From: a virus
Length of the DNA stretch: 64,000 nt
Reading direction: 5' to 3' (one strand)
Virus record (IMG/VR): IMGVR_UViG_3300009184_000033
Coordinates: 1 to 64,000 of that record
Under the pieces are notes generated by a model. That model saw nothing but the letters and a program-made list of their open reading frames with translations, made no database searches and was not told the DNA's origin. Below, piece after piece: positions 1-8,618 of the stretch (within the stretch, counting starts at the first letter, position 1; each line of letters opens with the position of its first letter). A program made the position numbers and the translations under genes.

Positions 1-1363
1 CCCTGATGTACTTCGACAGGTTGGCAAAGTTGCCGTCGATTACGAGCTTCTGGGAGCCCACCGACTTGTCGAAGTCGAAGTAGGTGTGGATATCACCAAT
101 CCTACGGGCGATGTAGTTGTTCGATCCTGGATTGAGATCCAGCCCGCGGAAGGCTTCCAGCACGACCGGCTTTGCGTCCGTGTCGTTGAAGTCTCTCACG
201 ATCACGTCAAATGATCCGTAGTCGCCATCGACCTTTGAGCTCTTGATGTTCTCGATCGAGATCTTGAAATCGAAGGTCGCTGAGGCGCCATCATCCAGCG
301 CGTGGAAGCGGAACAGGTTCTTGTTTCTGCTGCCGAACTTCTGCGAGATCACCTGCGGTGAGAACGCGGTCCTGAACCTGTCGGCAAAGCCTTCAAAGTT
401 CGGGATCGTAGCGCTTCCAACGTTCCTGGCGAGAGAGCTCGTGAGGATGAAGGCAGCGAGCTCAACATTACCTGTCTTCACTGGGACGCTGTAACCAGAT
501 GCCGTGACTGCCGCAAGCTGAGGATATACGTCGTAGTGAGCGTACAGGTAGTGGCCGGCCTGCTGGATGAGCGTCGGATCAGTATTGAACACGTTCGCAA
601 AGTAGTTAGGCGAGACAGGAGAGAGCGATGCGGTGATTATGTTCGGGTACTGTGACGTCGCAATGTGACCGTTAAGAACGACTGAGAAGCTCAGGTCAGA
701 AGAGTCGAGATTGACGTTTCCGATGTGTGAGCCCTGGTCAGAAGTTCCTGCAACAGTGGCAGGAATGTGACCATTTGCGCCGCTCGTGAGGGTGATGAGA
801 ACGCCTGACGGTGCCATCACCACGCCGCGGAGGATCGGCTGCGCAACATTCTGGCCTGCAGTCTGGATTCCTGCTGAGCTGAACGCCGTGCTTCCTGCGC
901 TTTCTGACATGAATGCGCCGAGGAAGTAAGTCCTTCCAGGAACACCCAGATTAGTGGCGTATGGATTCCTGCCGAGGAAACCATTTGTGCCGACCTGCTT
1001 GGAGCCTACGACGAATCCAGCATTCTTCACCGCGCCGGCGTAGATTGTGCTGCCATCTGCGGAGGTGGACGTCGAGGTGACCCTCTTGAGACCGTCTCCA
1101 ACGCCGAGGACTCGGACGTAGGTACCTGCCCTAGCGTTCTTGAACCACTCGTTCATGGCAAGCGGGCCAAACTTCTCCCCATCGGTCTCACCGAAGGTTG
1201 CCGTGAAGTCCTGGTACGTGGCCAGAGTCACGGGGACAAAGGCCGGACCAAAATTTGCAGTACCAATCACTCCCGCCGGAGTCCCCTGGGGAGCAATAGC
1301 GGTCGGACCGGTGAGGTCGATCTCTCTAGTGCTAACGCCTGGGCTCTTAAACTTTAGCTCCAT
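1..1363 (-). CDS. Tail sheath protein, paralog 2 (runs off the left edge; C-terminal part outside the window)
   Basis: Not in the ORF track because no stop is reached. Hand translation from ATG 1363: MELKFKSPGVSTREIDLTGPTAIAPQGTPAGVIGTANFGPAFVPVT...TYVRVLG...FRFHALDDG...DYGSFDV...LDLNPGSNNYIARRIGD, collinear with the sheath at 1398-4478. AGGAG RBS upstream. Confidence 0.9.
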   Translation of the reverse strand, partial: MELKFKSPGVSTREIDLTGPTAIAPQGTPAGVIGTANFGPAFVPVTLATYQDFTATFGETDGEKFGPLAMNEWFKNARAGTYVRVLGVGDGLKRVTSTSTSADGSTIYAGAVKNAGFVVGSKQVGTNGFLGRNPYATNLGVPGRTYFLGAFMSESAGSTAFSSAGIQTAGQNVAQPILRGVVMAPSGVLITLTSGANGHIPATVAGTSDQGSHIGNVNLDSSDLSFSVVLNGHIATSQYPNIITASLSPVSPNYFANVFNTDPTLIQQAGHYLYAHYDVYPQLAAVTASGYSVPVKTGNVELAAFILTSSLARNVGSATIPNFEGFADRFRTAFSPQVISQKFGSRNKNLFRFHALDDGASATFDFKISIENIKSSKVDGDYGSFDVIVRDFNDTDAKPVVLEAFRGLDLNPGSNNYIARRIGDIHTYFDFDKSVGSQKLVIDGNFANLSKYIR

Positions 1364-1387
1364 TTGCCTAACTCCTAATCTCTGATG

Positions 1388-1394
1388 TAACTAT
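1388..1394 (-). promoter_or_regulatory. Putative late promoter ATAGTTA
   Basis: ATANNTA motif 24 nt before the ATG of sheath 2; the same motif recurs in ten intergenic gaps. Confidence 0.65.
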
Positions 1395-1397
1395 GTC

Positions 1398-4300
1398 TCA
1401 AGCGAAGATTACACCACTGTTAGTGATGATGAAGTCGATCGAGATGAATTCTACTGCGCGGGTCGGAACGAGGACGATCCTACCGTTGAGCTTGTTCTGC
1501 TCGACGTCTGACTGGGTGTTGTTGGTGTCGTCCATGATGACCTTGAACTTCTCGATACCAGCCTGGGACTGGACGAGTGCGAGGATCGGGGTGACCTGTC
1601 CAATGAACCGCGCGCGGGTGGCGGCGTTGTTCGGCTCGAACAGGAGGTTGTTTGCAACCTGGACCACGAGGCGCTTGACCTCGAGAAGCATCCTGCGGAC
1701 GTTGACGCGATCGAGCGCGCTCTTTGTCATCTGGAGAGTCTTCTGTCCGAAGATCACATATCCACCGTTCGGGAAGTTTGCGATCGGGTTGATCCTTGCA
1801 TCGTAGAGGTTGTCCCTATCTGCAGAGGTGAGCCTGACCTCGCTGTTCCTGACAAAGTCCATCGCACCGCGGTTGAAGCCTGCTGGGGCGAACCACGGGT
1901 AGGAAACCTTGTCGCTGTAGCCGAGGGCACCGAGCGCCGCGACAGATGACGGAACCTTGACTGGACGATTGTTGACTTCGTCGTTGATGAACACGTCTGG
2001 GAAGTAGGTCGCCGTGTAGTTGTTGTCAACCTGGCGTCCCTCAAACTGCTCGACCGTGGACCTGACGTCCCTCTTCGCCGTTGAGTCGGTGTAGAGCCTG
2101 TTGCCATCCTCATCGTAGTGCTGGATGTCCATCAGGTACATCGCCATCGAGTAGTCACGGTTGCTTACCGCGGCGTAGTCGGTGATGTATGTGTCTCTGA
2201 TTCCAGGAATTGCGAGGAGGTTGGTGCTCACCGTCATCGGATCGGTCATGATGTCGATCGCCGCGCGGTACGAGTTGATGATATTGTTGAGCCTTCCAGC
2301 TCCAGACATCGCGCCGTTGTTGGTTCCAGTGAGTCCGAGACCACCCGTGTATGTCGATGCGGCCTTTCCACCAGCGTCAGTTGAGGAAGCCTTGTCAGTG
2401 AGAAGGAGGTTGTCCTTATCGAGGATATTGACTCCATCGAATCCACCATACATCGGCGCCGTGAACTTTGCGTAGTCAGTGAAGCGGTTGAACTTCACTG
2501 AGCTTGAGTGGACCAGCGTGGCCATCGTGATTCTGCCACTGAGAGTTCCGTCATTGACTGTGTAGTTCACTGCGTCCGGTGCGCCGTTCCTGATGTATGC
2601 CGCATCCTTCATGTGCTCAGCGGCAGAGCCGGTGAGTGTGGAGAGGTTGGTCTCTGTGTTGACGAAAGCGACCTTGGCGAGCGTGAACTTGTTATTGTTG
2701 AACGCATCGGCGCCAGAGCCCGTCACGAGGTTGTCGAGCTTGAAGATTCCCTGGAACTTGCTGTAAGCCGTCAGGAGCGGGTTGAGCATGTCTGAGGAGT
2801 TCGGGTTGTAGATCGCGTTCTCAGTAGAGGACGTGAGCGGGAGAGACTCGAACTTTGTTCCCCAGTAGAGCCTGGCATCGACCCTCTCGTTCTTGCCCGG
2901 CTGTCCAGCAAAGTACGGAGAGATGTTGGTCTCTCCACGCGTGACCTTGAATCGGAGCGGGAGAGGAGGAACGATGGAGCCCGTGAGGTTTGTCGCCGCG
3001 AGAGCCGAGGTCCTGACCACTGCTGGAAAGCCGAAGGTCGTGCCATCGAAGGCGAGGGCAGAGTGGCCGAGGTCCGTCATGCTGTTTGTGGTCTTGAGGA
3101 CTGGAATTCCACGGAATCCGAACGGAAGGGCATCGGCAGGAACCTCTCCCCTATCGATCGAAGAGTTGATCACCACTCTCACGAATGCCGAGCGGTTCGG
3201 GTACTTGCCAGATATAACGATTCGGCGCTCGTCTTCGTCAGTAGAGTCGAAGTTGAACCTTGCAGCGTAGTCTCCGATTATCCTGCCGATGTACTTCTCG
3301 CTGTTTGGATCGAGAGTGAGGGCAGGGAAGGCCTCGAGGATTGCAGGGTTGGTATCGGTGTCGTCGAAGCGGCGGACCTGGACTTCGAAGGTTCCGTAAT
3401 CGTAATTCGGATCAGTAGAGGCGCGGATGTTCGCTATCGAGATCTTCACCTTGTCGTTGGCGTAAACGCCATCGCTCAGCGCCTCGAAGTGGAAGAGGTC
3501 AAACTCCACCTTTCCGTAGGGCTGGGAGATGAACTCGGTCGTCTGTGGCGTCGTGAATCTCGTGTCAAAGCGTCCGAATGAGTTGGTCCAGGAGTCTGAG
3601 AGTCCAACGGGATTTGTCGAGCTAGAACCAGAGATCAGTGCGATGGAGTTTGCTCCGAGATCGACGCCAGCAAGCTCGTTCTCGACTGCAAAGTCGAGAT
3701 AGAGAAGGTGGTTGAGCTCCTGGAACTTCCTCGGATCGGTGTTGAGTATCTTTCCAACGTAGTTGTTGCTGTGCGGGTTCAGAGAAGCGCTGTAGACCCT
3801 TACGCCTGCCACACCGTCGTCGTTCGAGAACACAGAGCCCTCGCTTGAGGACACAATAAACTTGAAGTTTGTGAGGTCGCTGACGGTCGCCAGGTTGTCG
3901 CTGGCGTTGACGTTCGAGGCATTGACGGTCTGGTTGTGGTCCAGAACCACGCCGCGGGAGGCTGTGGTGAAGAACAGGACAGCCCTCACCAGATTCGGAG
4001 AGGTCGCAGTGTTGACGCTGGCGTTGTCTGAGAAGGCAGGGAAAGCGACCGCCTCAGAGGCAGAGACGTAGTGCTTTGCGCATAGGAAGGTGACAGTGCC
4101 TCGTGCAGAGGCGCCAGACACATCAGCCGCCACGCTGGCCACCTTGAATCCGGCATTCTTGACGATTCCGTAGGTGGAGGTGTTCGTCATGTCTGTCGTC
4201 GACTCGTTGGCGCCAGCTCCGAGAACTCGGAGATACGTGACTGCGTCCTTGTTCTTCAGGTATTCACGGGCAGCGTATGGTCCATGGCGATCCGGATCAA

Positions 4301-4478
4301 GGGTGCCGAACTTGGTCTCAAAGTCTGCGAAAGATCCGACAGTGACAGGCACGAATGCGGGACCCTTCTCTGCCGTTCCAATGATTCCGGCCGGGGTCCC
4401 AGTTGGGGCCTGCTGACGAGCAGAGAGGTCGATCTCTCTCTCGAAAAAGCCGGGAGAACGAAATGTTTGTTCAGCCAT
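1398..4478 (-). CDS. gp18: Contractile tail sheath protein (T4 gp18-like), 1026 aa
   Basis: N-terminal SPGFFEREIDLS; C-terminal sheath motifs WFAPAGFNRG, RINPIANFPNGGYVIFGQKTL, LDRVNVRRMLL, FEPNN, PTRAVEFISIDF. AAGGAG RBS. Confidence 0.95.
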   Translation of the reverse strand: MAEQTFRSPGFFEREIDLSARQQAPTGTPAGIIGTAEKGPAFVPVTVGSFADFETKFGTLDPDRHGPYAAREYLKNKDAVTYLRVLGAGANESTTDMTNTSTYGIVKNAGFKVASVAADVSGASARGTVTFLCAKHYVSASEAVAFPAFSDNASVNTATSPNLVRAVLFFTTASRGVVLDHNQTVNASNVNASDNLATVSDLTNFKFIVSSSEGSVFSNDDGVAGVRVYSASLNPHSNNYVGKILNTDPRKFQELNHLLYLDFAVENELAGVDLGANSIALISGSSSTNPVGLSDSWTNSFGRFDTRFTTPQTTEFISQPYGKVEFDLFHFEALSDGVYANDKVKISIANIRASTDPNYDYGTFEVQVRRFDDTDTNPAILEAFPALTLDPNSEKYIGRIIGDYAARFNFDSTDEDERRIVISGKYPNRSAFVRVVINSSIDRGEVPADALPFGFRGIPVLKTTNSMTDLGHSALAFDGTTFGFPAVVRTSALAATNLTGSIVPPLPLRFKVTRGETNISPYFAGQPGKNERVDARLYWGTKFESLPLTSSTENAIYNPNSSDMLNPLLTAYSKFQGIFKLDNLVTGSGADAFNNNKFTLAKVAFVNTETNLSTLTGSAAEHMKDAAYIRNGAPDAVNYTVNDGTLSGRITMATLVHSSSVKFNRFTDYAKFTAPMYGGFDGVNILDKDNLLLTDKASSTDAGGKAASTYTGGLGLTGTNNGAMSGAGRLNNIINSYRAAIDIMTDPMTVSTNLLAIPGIRDTYITDYAAVSNRDYSMAMYLMDIQHYDEDGNRLYTDSTAKRDVRSTVEQFEGRQVDNNYTATYFPDVFINDEVNNRPVKVPSSVAALGALGYSDKVSYPWFAPAGFNRGAMDFVRNSEVRLTSADRDNLYDARINPIANFPNGGYVIFGQKTLQMTKSALDRVNVRRMLLEVKRLVVQVANNLLFEPNNAATRARFIGQVTPILALVQSQAGIEKFKVIMDDTNNTQSDVEQNKLNGRIVLVPTRAVEFISIDFIITNSGVIFA

Positions 4479-4510
4479 CCTAATCTCCTTTTACGATTTG
4501 CGGTCTTTCA

Positions 4511-4517
4511 TAAGTAT
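4511..4517 (-). promoter_or_regulatory. Putative late promoter ATACTTA
   Basis: ATANNTA motif 32 nt before the sheath ATG. Confidence 0.65.
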
Positions 4518-4528
4518 CAGGCCGAGCG

Positions 4529-5800
4529 TCAAGATTCCTCTCCCTGCTCCAAGACTAGGGATCCGAGATCTGTAAAAATCTGCTCCCTGTAAACCGTCTC
4601 TCCGACTCGCTTGTTTCTTCCAATTGGCTTGAGATTCTGGCGAACCAAGAGTCCCGTGGTTGGATCTACATATTCTCTTGCTATTGTGAGTGCATCTTTG
4701 CCCGCGCTAGTTCCACCAATGCTGGTCACATCATAGTATGGATCACCGCTCACGGTTCCGCGCTCTTGTATGAGTGTGGTCTGCGCTGGCTCGTCATCTG
4801 GCCTGACGTCTTCAAGGACAAACGACTGTACGTCTGTGCTTTTGACTCCACCTGACTTGATCTTTGAGATCTCGCCACTGGATTGAACGAAGTCAAAGCT
4901 CACAGTTGGCGCAGAGTAGTACTTCTTGACGGACTGTTTCGAGCCAGGATACTTGGGATTTATGATGTAACCCACGACGTCCATCGTGAAAGATGCACGG
5001 ACAATCCTCTCATCTTCTGAGAAGTTGTCAAAGTTGTTCCCAGAGCTGACGCCAGAGTTGAGATACGCCACGAAGTAGTATCCCTTCGGAGACTCGATCC
5101 TGAAGGTCTGCACCTGGTTGGTGTGACCAGAGCTCAGGAACACCGTGAGTAGGTCGTTCATCTGCTGCGTGTACTGGGTCCAGATGCTTATCTCGTAGGT
5201 CACGAGGAAGTACCTTGGCGCTGGAATCGTTATAATCTCATAGATTCCGCGCTCAGTGTTGTTGGTGATGCTGGGCGCTGTGGCGTTGGTGGGAATCCTG
5301 CGGCGAGTGGCCACTGTCCCTGGCAGAGCGCCGGCACCATCTGGTAAGCCGCTGATCTGCGAGATGTAGTTTGCGCTGGTGGCTCTCTCTGGCTCGTTCT
5401 GGATTCTTTCCTTGTTTATCAATCTCTGGTACTCAGGATCCTTCTCAGAGATTCGCCGTTTGATCACGATCTCATTTTGCTGATTTGTACCCATCCCGCG
5501 GGAGATGTCCTTCTCGATGCCACTGCGTGTTATAGAAATCACAGGAAGCACAAGGGTGCCAGACTTGTCTCTCAGGGGGAGTTTGCGCCGCAGCAAGGCA
5601 AATCTTTCTCCAGTGGCAAACACCACCGGGACTCTCTTTGTCTCTCCCTGCTTCTCGTACTGGAGCTCTAGGTCTCGGTCAAAGAGATTAAACATTGCTC
5701 TGTCAACATCTTCGACAGAGCATGAGGGTATGACAATCTCGCCATTGAGAGAGTTCTCTGGCGTGATCCTTTCTGCGCCCGTCTGGTGCTTAGTCGACAT
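4529..5800 (-). CDS. Tail terminator / sheath stabiliser (T4 gp15-like), 423 aa
   Basis: RVPVVFATGERF...LPVISITRSG...WTQYTQQMNDLL pattern; position between neck genes and sheath. Confidence 0.6.
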   Translation of the reverse strand: MSTKHQTGAERITPENSLNGEIVIPSCSVEDVDRAMFNLFDRDLELQYEKQGETKRVPVVFATGERFALLRRKLPLRDKSGTLVLPVISITRSGIEKDISRGMGTNQQNEIVIKRRISEKDPEYQRLINKERIQNEPERATSANYISQISGLPDGAGALPGTVATRRRIPTNATAPSITNNTERGIYEIITIPAPRYFLVTYEISIWTQYTQQMNDLLTVFLSSGHTNQVQTFRIESPKGYYFVAYLNSGVSSGNNFDNFSEDERIVRASFTMDVVGYIINPKYPGSKQSVKKYYSAPTVSFDFVQSSGEISKIKSGGVKSTDVQSFVLEDVRPDDEPAQTTLIQERGTVSGDPYYDVTSIGGTSAGKDALTIAREYVDPTTGLLVRQNLKPIGRNKRVGETVYREQIFTDLGSLVLEQGEES

Positions 5801-6471
5801 CAGTTAACCTCATCATCATAGAAGGACGATGAGAAACCACCGTCATCACCTCTCGGAGAGACTTCGCGTGGACCATCTTCTGGTAGGTCGAGCTTGCCCT
5901 GATCGATGAGCTTCCTCTTGTCAGCCGTCTTACCAAGCGAGTTCTCCTCGAAACCTCTCTGCTGTACGAATGTGTCCTGGACGGCATCCGGATCTGTGAA
6001 GATCTGTTCCGTTGGTCCTTTCGGCTTCCGATCGATAATTCCCTTACGGGCTTGCTTGAGCTCCAGCTTGAATCCGATAGGGTACTCAACCTGTCCAAAC
6101 GCAATCTGGTCGATGTTGATCTTCAGTATCTCGTAGAAGAACTGTCCGAAGCTCAGGAAGTCTCCCTCTTGCGGTTCGACCTCCTTATCGAGGAGGTCAG
6201 AGTACTGCATATATGCGGTCGCAGACCTGAACTGGTCAACACCGAAGTTTGTCGTTGAGGTCTCTGGGTCTTGCCACTCCACTCTGGCATCGAGCTCGAT
6301 GGGCTCGTTGAAGACCTTCTCGATCGCCTCTTCATACACGTCATGCACCTCAGAGACATCTTCCCGGACGTGGTAGTAGTAGACCTTCTGGCCAACCACG
6401 TCCTTGATGATTTCCTTGGTGATGTCCGAGATGAAATCAATCTCTCTCGGGGTGATGAAGAGTCTTGCCAT
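5800..6471 (-). CDS. Neck / head-closure protein (T4 gp14-like), 223 aa
   Basis: VYYY...VYEEAIEKVFNEPIELDARVE...FGVD...PQEGDFL...FYEI...FGQ pattern; follows the gp13-like gene. Confidence 0.65.
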   Translation of the reverse strand: MARLFITPREIDFISDITKEIIKDVVGQKVYYYHVREDVSEVHDVYEEAIEKVFNEPIELDARVEWQDPETSTTNFGVDQFRSATAYMQYSDLLDKEVEPQEGDFLSFGQFFYEILKINIDQIAFGQVEYPIGFKLELKQARKGIIDRKPKGPTEQIFTDPDAVQDTFVQQRGFEENSLGKTADKRKLIDQGKLDLPEDGPREVSPRGDDGGFSSSFYDDEVN

Positions 6472-6474
6472 GGG

Positions 6475-7641
6475 TTATCCTATCACGATGCATTTGCCCA
6501 TCGGGACTGGCACAGATTTGAGAACCTTCATCAGGTTGTCAACCTTGCTAGCCTCGGTCTCAAGCATCTTGTCATACGTCATGGTGTCGAGAAGCTCCTT
6601 GAGCTGGGTGTACATCTTCTCCTTGTCTTCCCTGGCCTGACTGATCAGGTCAGTGCCGTTGAGCTGGAGATCTCCTCCAGGGATCGGCACAGTTCCGAAC
6701 TTGCTTCTGACAAGTCCGAGGATCTCTCTCGACAGAGCCAGTGTGTACTCTCTGATCCACTGTCTTCCGATGGAGTTGATGAATTTGTACTGTATGTTGC
6801 CAAACGAGACGGTGGCGAGGCTGTTAGTGCCATAGATTGTCGGGTCATTGAAGGCAGCCTCGTCTGGCTTGCTCTGGAATCCCACCCTGAACCAGAGCTT
6901 TGGTGGGATATCTTGCGTAGGTGTCGGGAAGATCCTGATCTGAGTTCCGCTGGTCCGATAAGAGTAGTTTGAGCGCCTGACCCTGTTGGAGAGACCGAGC
7001 TGGCCACCGCGCAGGACGTCCTCGAACGTCGGGAGGACGTAGAACACGGTCTCAGGGGTGAACGACTCAAAGCTGAACTCATTGTTCAGGTAGTTGATCG
7101 CTGATGTGGTGTCGAAGAATCGATACGCAGCCTGTGGAGAGAAGTGAAAGATCTCATAGATCTTCATCTTGCCACCCGGGTTCATGCTGGAGCTGAATAT
7201 CTTGTTTCCGTCTCCATCGACAAGATTCTCGTAGATGTCGTAATCCTGGATGTTCTTCGAAAGCTGTATTGATCCAGAGATTGTGTTGTGGACCCCGCCG
7301 CCGATTGCCGCCTCCTGGGCGTAAGGCTGAGAGAGGCGCAAGAAGAAGTCCAGGGACTGGTGGAGGTACTTGTGCTGGTGATTGCTTCCTGTCGGAGTTC
7401 CCATGAGCGTCGCCATCTGGGACTTGGCCTGGTACTCATTGATGATCTTACCATATTCCAGCGTGGCCTCTTCAAAGCAGGCCCAGATCTGCTTCTTGGT
7501 GAGCTCGACGCTGAGTATGTCATCTCCAAGCTTACGCTTAACAAACTTCACCAGGCCATCAGCCTCGCTCTGGAAATCTGCATCAGAGTCAAAGAAGCCG
7601 AACGGCGTAGGTGAGAGAGTCTGGTAGAACATTGATGACAT
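6475..7641 (-). CDS. Neck / head-tail adaptor protein (T4 gp13-like), 388 aa
   Basis: KRKLG...VELTKKQIWACFEEA at the N-terminus; WIREYTLALSREILGLVRSKFGTVPIPGGDLQLNG at the C-terminus. Confidence 0.8.
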   Translation of the reverse strand: MSSMFYQTLSPTPFGFFDSDADFQSEADGLVKFVKRKLGDDILSVELTKKQIWACFEEATLEYGKIINEYQAKSQMATLMGTPTGSNHQHKYLHQSLDFFLRLSQPYAQEAAIGGGVHNTISGSIQLSKNIQDYDIYENLVDGDGNKIFSSSMNPGGKMKIYEIFHFSPQAAYRFFDTTSAINYLNNEFSFESFTPETVFYVLPTFEDVLRGGQLGLSNRVRRSNYSYRTSGTQIRIFPTPTQDIPPKLWFRVGFQSKPDEAAFNDPTIYGTNSLATVSFGNIQYKFINSIGRQWIREYTLALSREILGLVRSKFGTVPIPGGDLQLNGTDLISQAREDKEKMYTQLKELLDTMTYDKMLETEASKVDNLMKVLKSVPVPMGKCIVIG

Positions 7642-7643
7642 GA

Positions 7644-7700
7644 AAGCCCCGTTAGCCTATAGTCTTATGTATGCACACGAGACGCTGGCTAACGGGGCTT
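7644..7700. repeat. Perfect 14-bp inverted repeat (AAGCCCCGTTAGCC / GGCTAACGGGGCTT), 29-nt loop, overlapping the neck-gene RBS
   Basis: Arms 7644-7657 and 7687-7700 are exact reverse complements; on the mRNA the downstream arm ends 2 nt before ATG 7641. Confidence 0.9.
7666..7672 (-). promoter_or_regulatory. Putative late promoter ATACATA inside the hairpin loop
   Basis: ATANNTA motif 24 nt before the gp13-like ATG. Confidence 0.6.
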
Positions 7701-7719
7701 GGGTTTGTTGATCGTTAGT

Positions 7720-7977
7720 TTATCGACCGCGACCGATGAAATTGCTTACGCGGGCTTCAAGCGCTGCTAGCGCACTTGCAAGTCCAGAGCTATCAGCTGG
7801 TGCGGCCACCTTGAGAGCATCGAGTGTCTTCGCCAGATCATCGAGCTTTGCCTCTACAAGGGCCAAACGCTTCTCGACAGCTCCGAGGTCAACGGTGGCA
7901 TCAGTTGCAGCCGTGGTGGCAACGGCGGTCTCAACAGGGCTCTCAGTGGCTGGGGTAGTAACAGTGTTCTTTGCCAT
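7720..7977 (-). CDS. Hypothetical protein, 85 aa (Thr/Ala-rich N-terminus plus coiled coil)
   Basis: AGGAGGA RBS, coding strand, heptad pattern VEKRLALVEAKLDDLAKTLDAL. Confidence 0.8.
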   Translation of the reverse strand: MAKNTVTTPATESPVETAVATTAATDATVDLGAVEKRLALVEAKLDDLAKTLDALKVAAPADSSGLASALAALEARVSNFIGRGR

Positions 7978-8001
7978 TTTTCCTCCTGGCAGATATTATC
8001 G

Positions 8002-8035
8002 AGGCTCCAGGAAACTTAAAGGATTCCTGGAGCCT
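8002..8035. repeat. Perfect 12-bp inverted repeat (AGGCTCCAGGAA / TTCCTGGAGCCT), 10-nt loop
   Basis: Intergenic; arms 8002-8013 and 8024-8035; no U-tract on either side. Confidence 0.85.
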
Positions 8036-8051
8036 GCGAAGATTTGATCTA

Positions 8052-8480
8052 TCAGGTGCCGCCGACGGTGAGGGAGCCGCTTGACGCCATGATGAGGTAG
8101 CTCTTGCCGTCTGAGACTAGCGCCACAGATGAGCCGAGAATGTTGTTGAGCGTGAGCTTGCTGCCGATCTTGCCGTCCGCTGCGTCTGTGAACACCTTGG
8201 TTCCGACAGCCTCAGCCGAGCCAGTCAGAGAGTAGGCGTGGGCAGAACCAGCCCTGATAATGAACATCGAGCCGGGATATGCTGACGCCAGAGGCATCGA
8301 GCCAGTTGCTGCTCCGCCAGCGTTGAACAGGTAGACACCTGGTGCTGAGACCGTGGCGTCACCGCCGTTCGAGGCTGTGCTGAGAGCCTGGACTGGAGAG
8401 AACGGCATCGTCTCAAACTGAATACCAGAACCGGACTCCTGGACGAGTCCCCTTGCTGCATCATAAGTTACTTTTGGCAT
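8052..8480 (-). CDS. Small virion protein, candidate head decoration protein (142 aa from MPKVTYD)
   Basis: Start moved to ATG 8480 because AAGGAGG lies directly upstream. Gly/Ser/Ala-rich beta-type sequence; first gene after the MCP. Function inferred from position only. Confidence 0.6.
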   Translation of the reverse strand: MPKVTYDAARGLVQESGSGIQFETMPFSPVQALSTASNGGDATVSAPGVYLFNAGGAATGSMPLASAYPGSMFIIRAGSAHAYSLTGSAEAVGTKVFTDAADGKIGSKLTLNNILGSSVALVSDGKSYLIMASSGSLTVGGT

Positions 8481-8552
8481 GTGATCCTCCTTTGCTCCGA
8501 ATGCTTCCAATCCCCCGTCGGTGTCAGGTGATCACTGGATTGGGCTTGTCAT

Positions 8553-8559
8553 TACATAT
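8553..8559 (-). promoter_or_regulatory. Putative late promoter ATATGTA
   Basis: Directly after the MCP terminator; 72 nt before ATG 8480. Confidence 0.6.
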
Positions 8560-8562
8560 ACC

Positions 8563-8596
8563 ACAAAAACTGAATCGACCACCCGAAGGTGGCCGA
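8563..8596 (-). terminator. Rho-independent terminator after the major capsid gene, C(UUCG)G tetraloop
   Basis: Minus strand TCGGCCACC-TTCG-GGTGGTCGA (9-bp stem, one G-U pair) followed by TTCAGTTTTT. Confidence 0.8.
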
Positions 8597-8618
8597 CCAG
8601 TGCCTGGAGGCTAGAACA

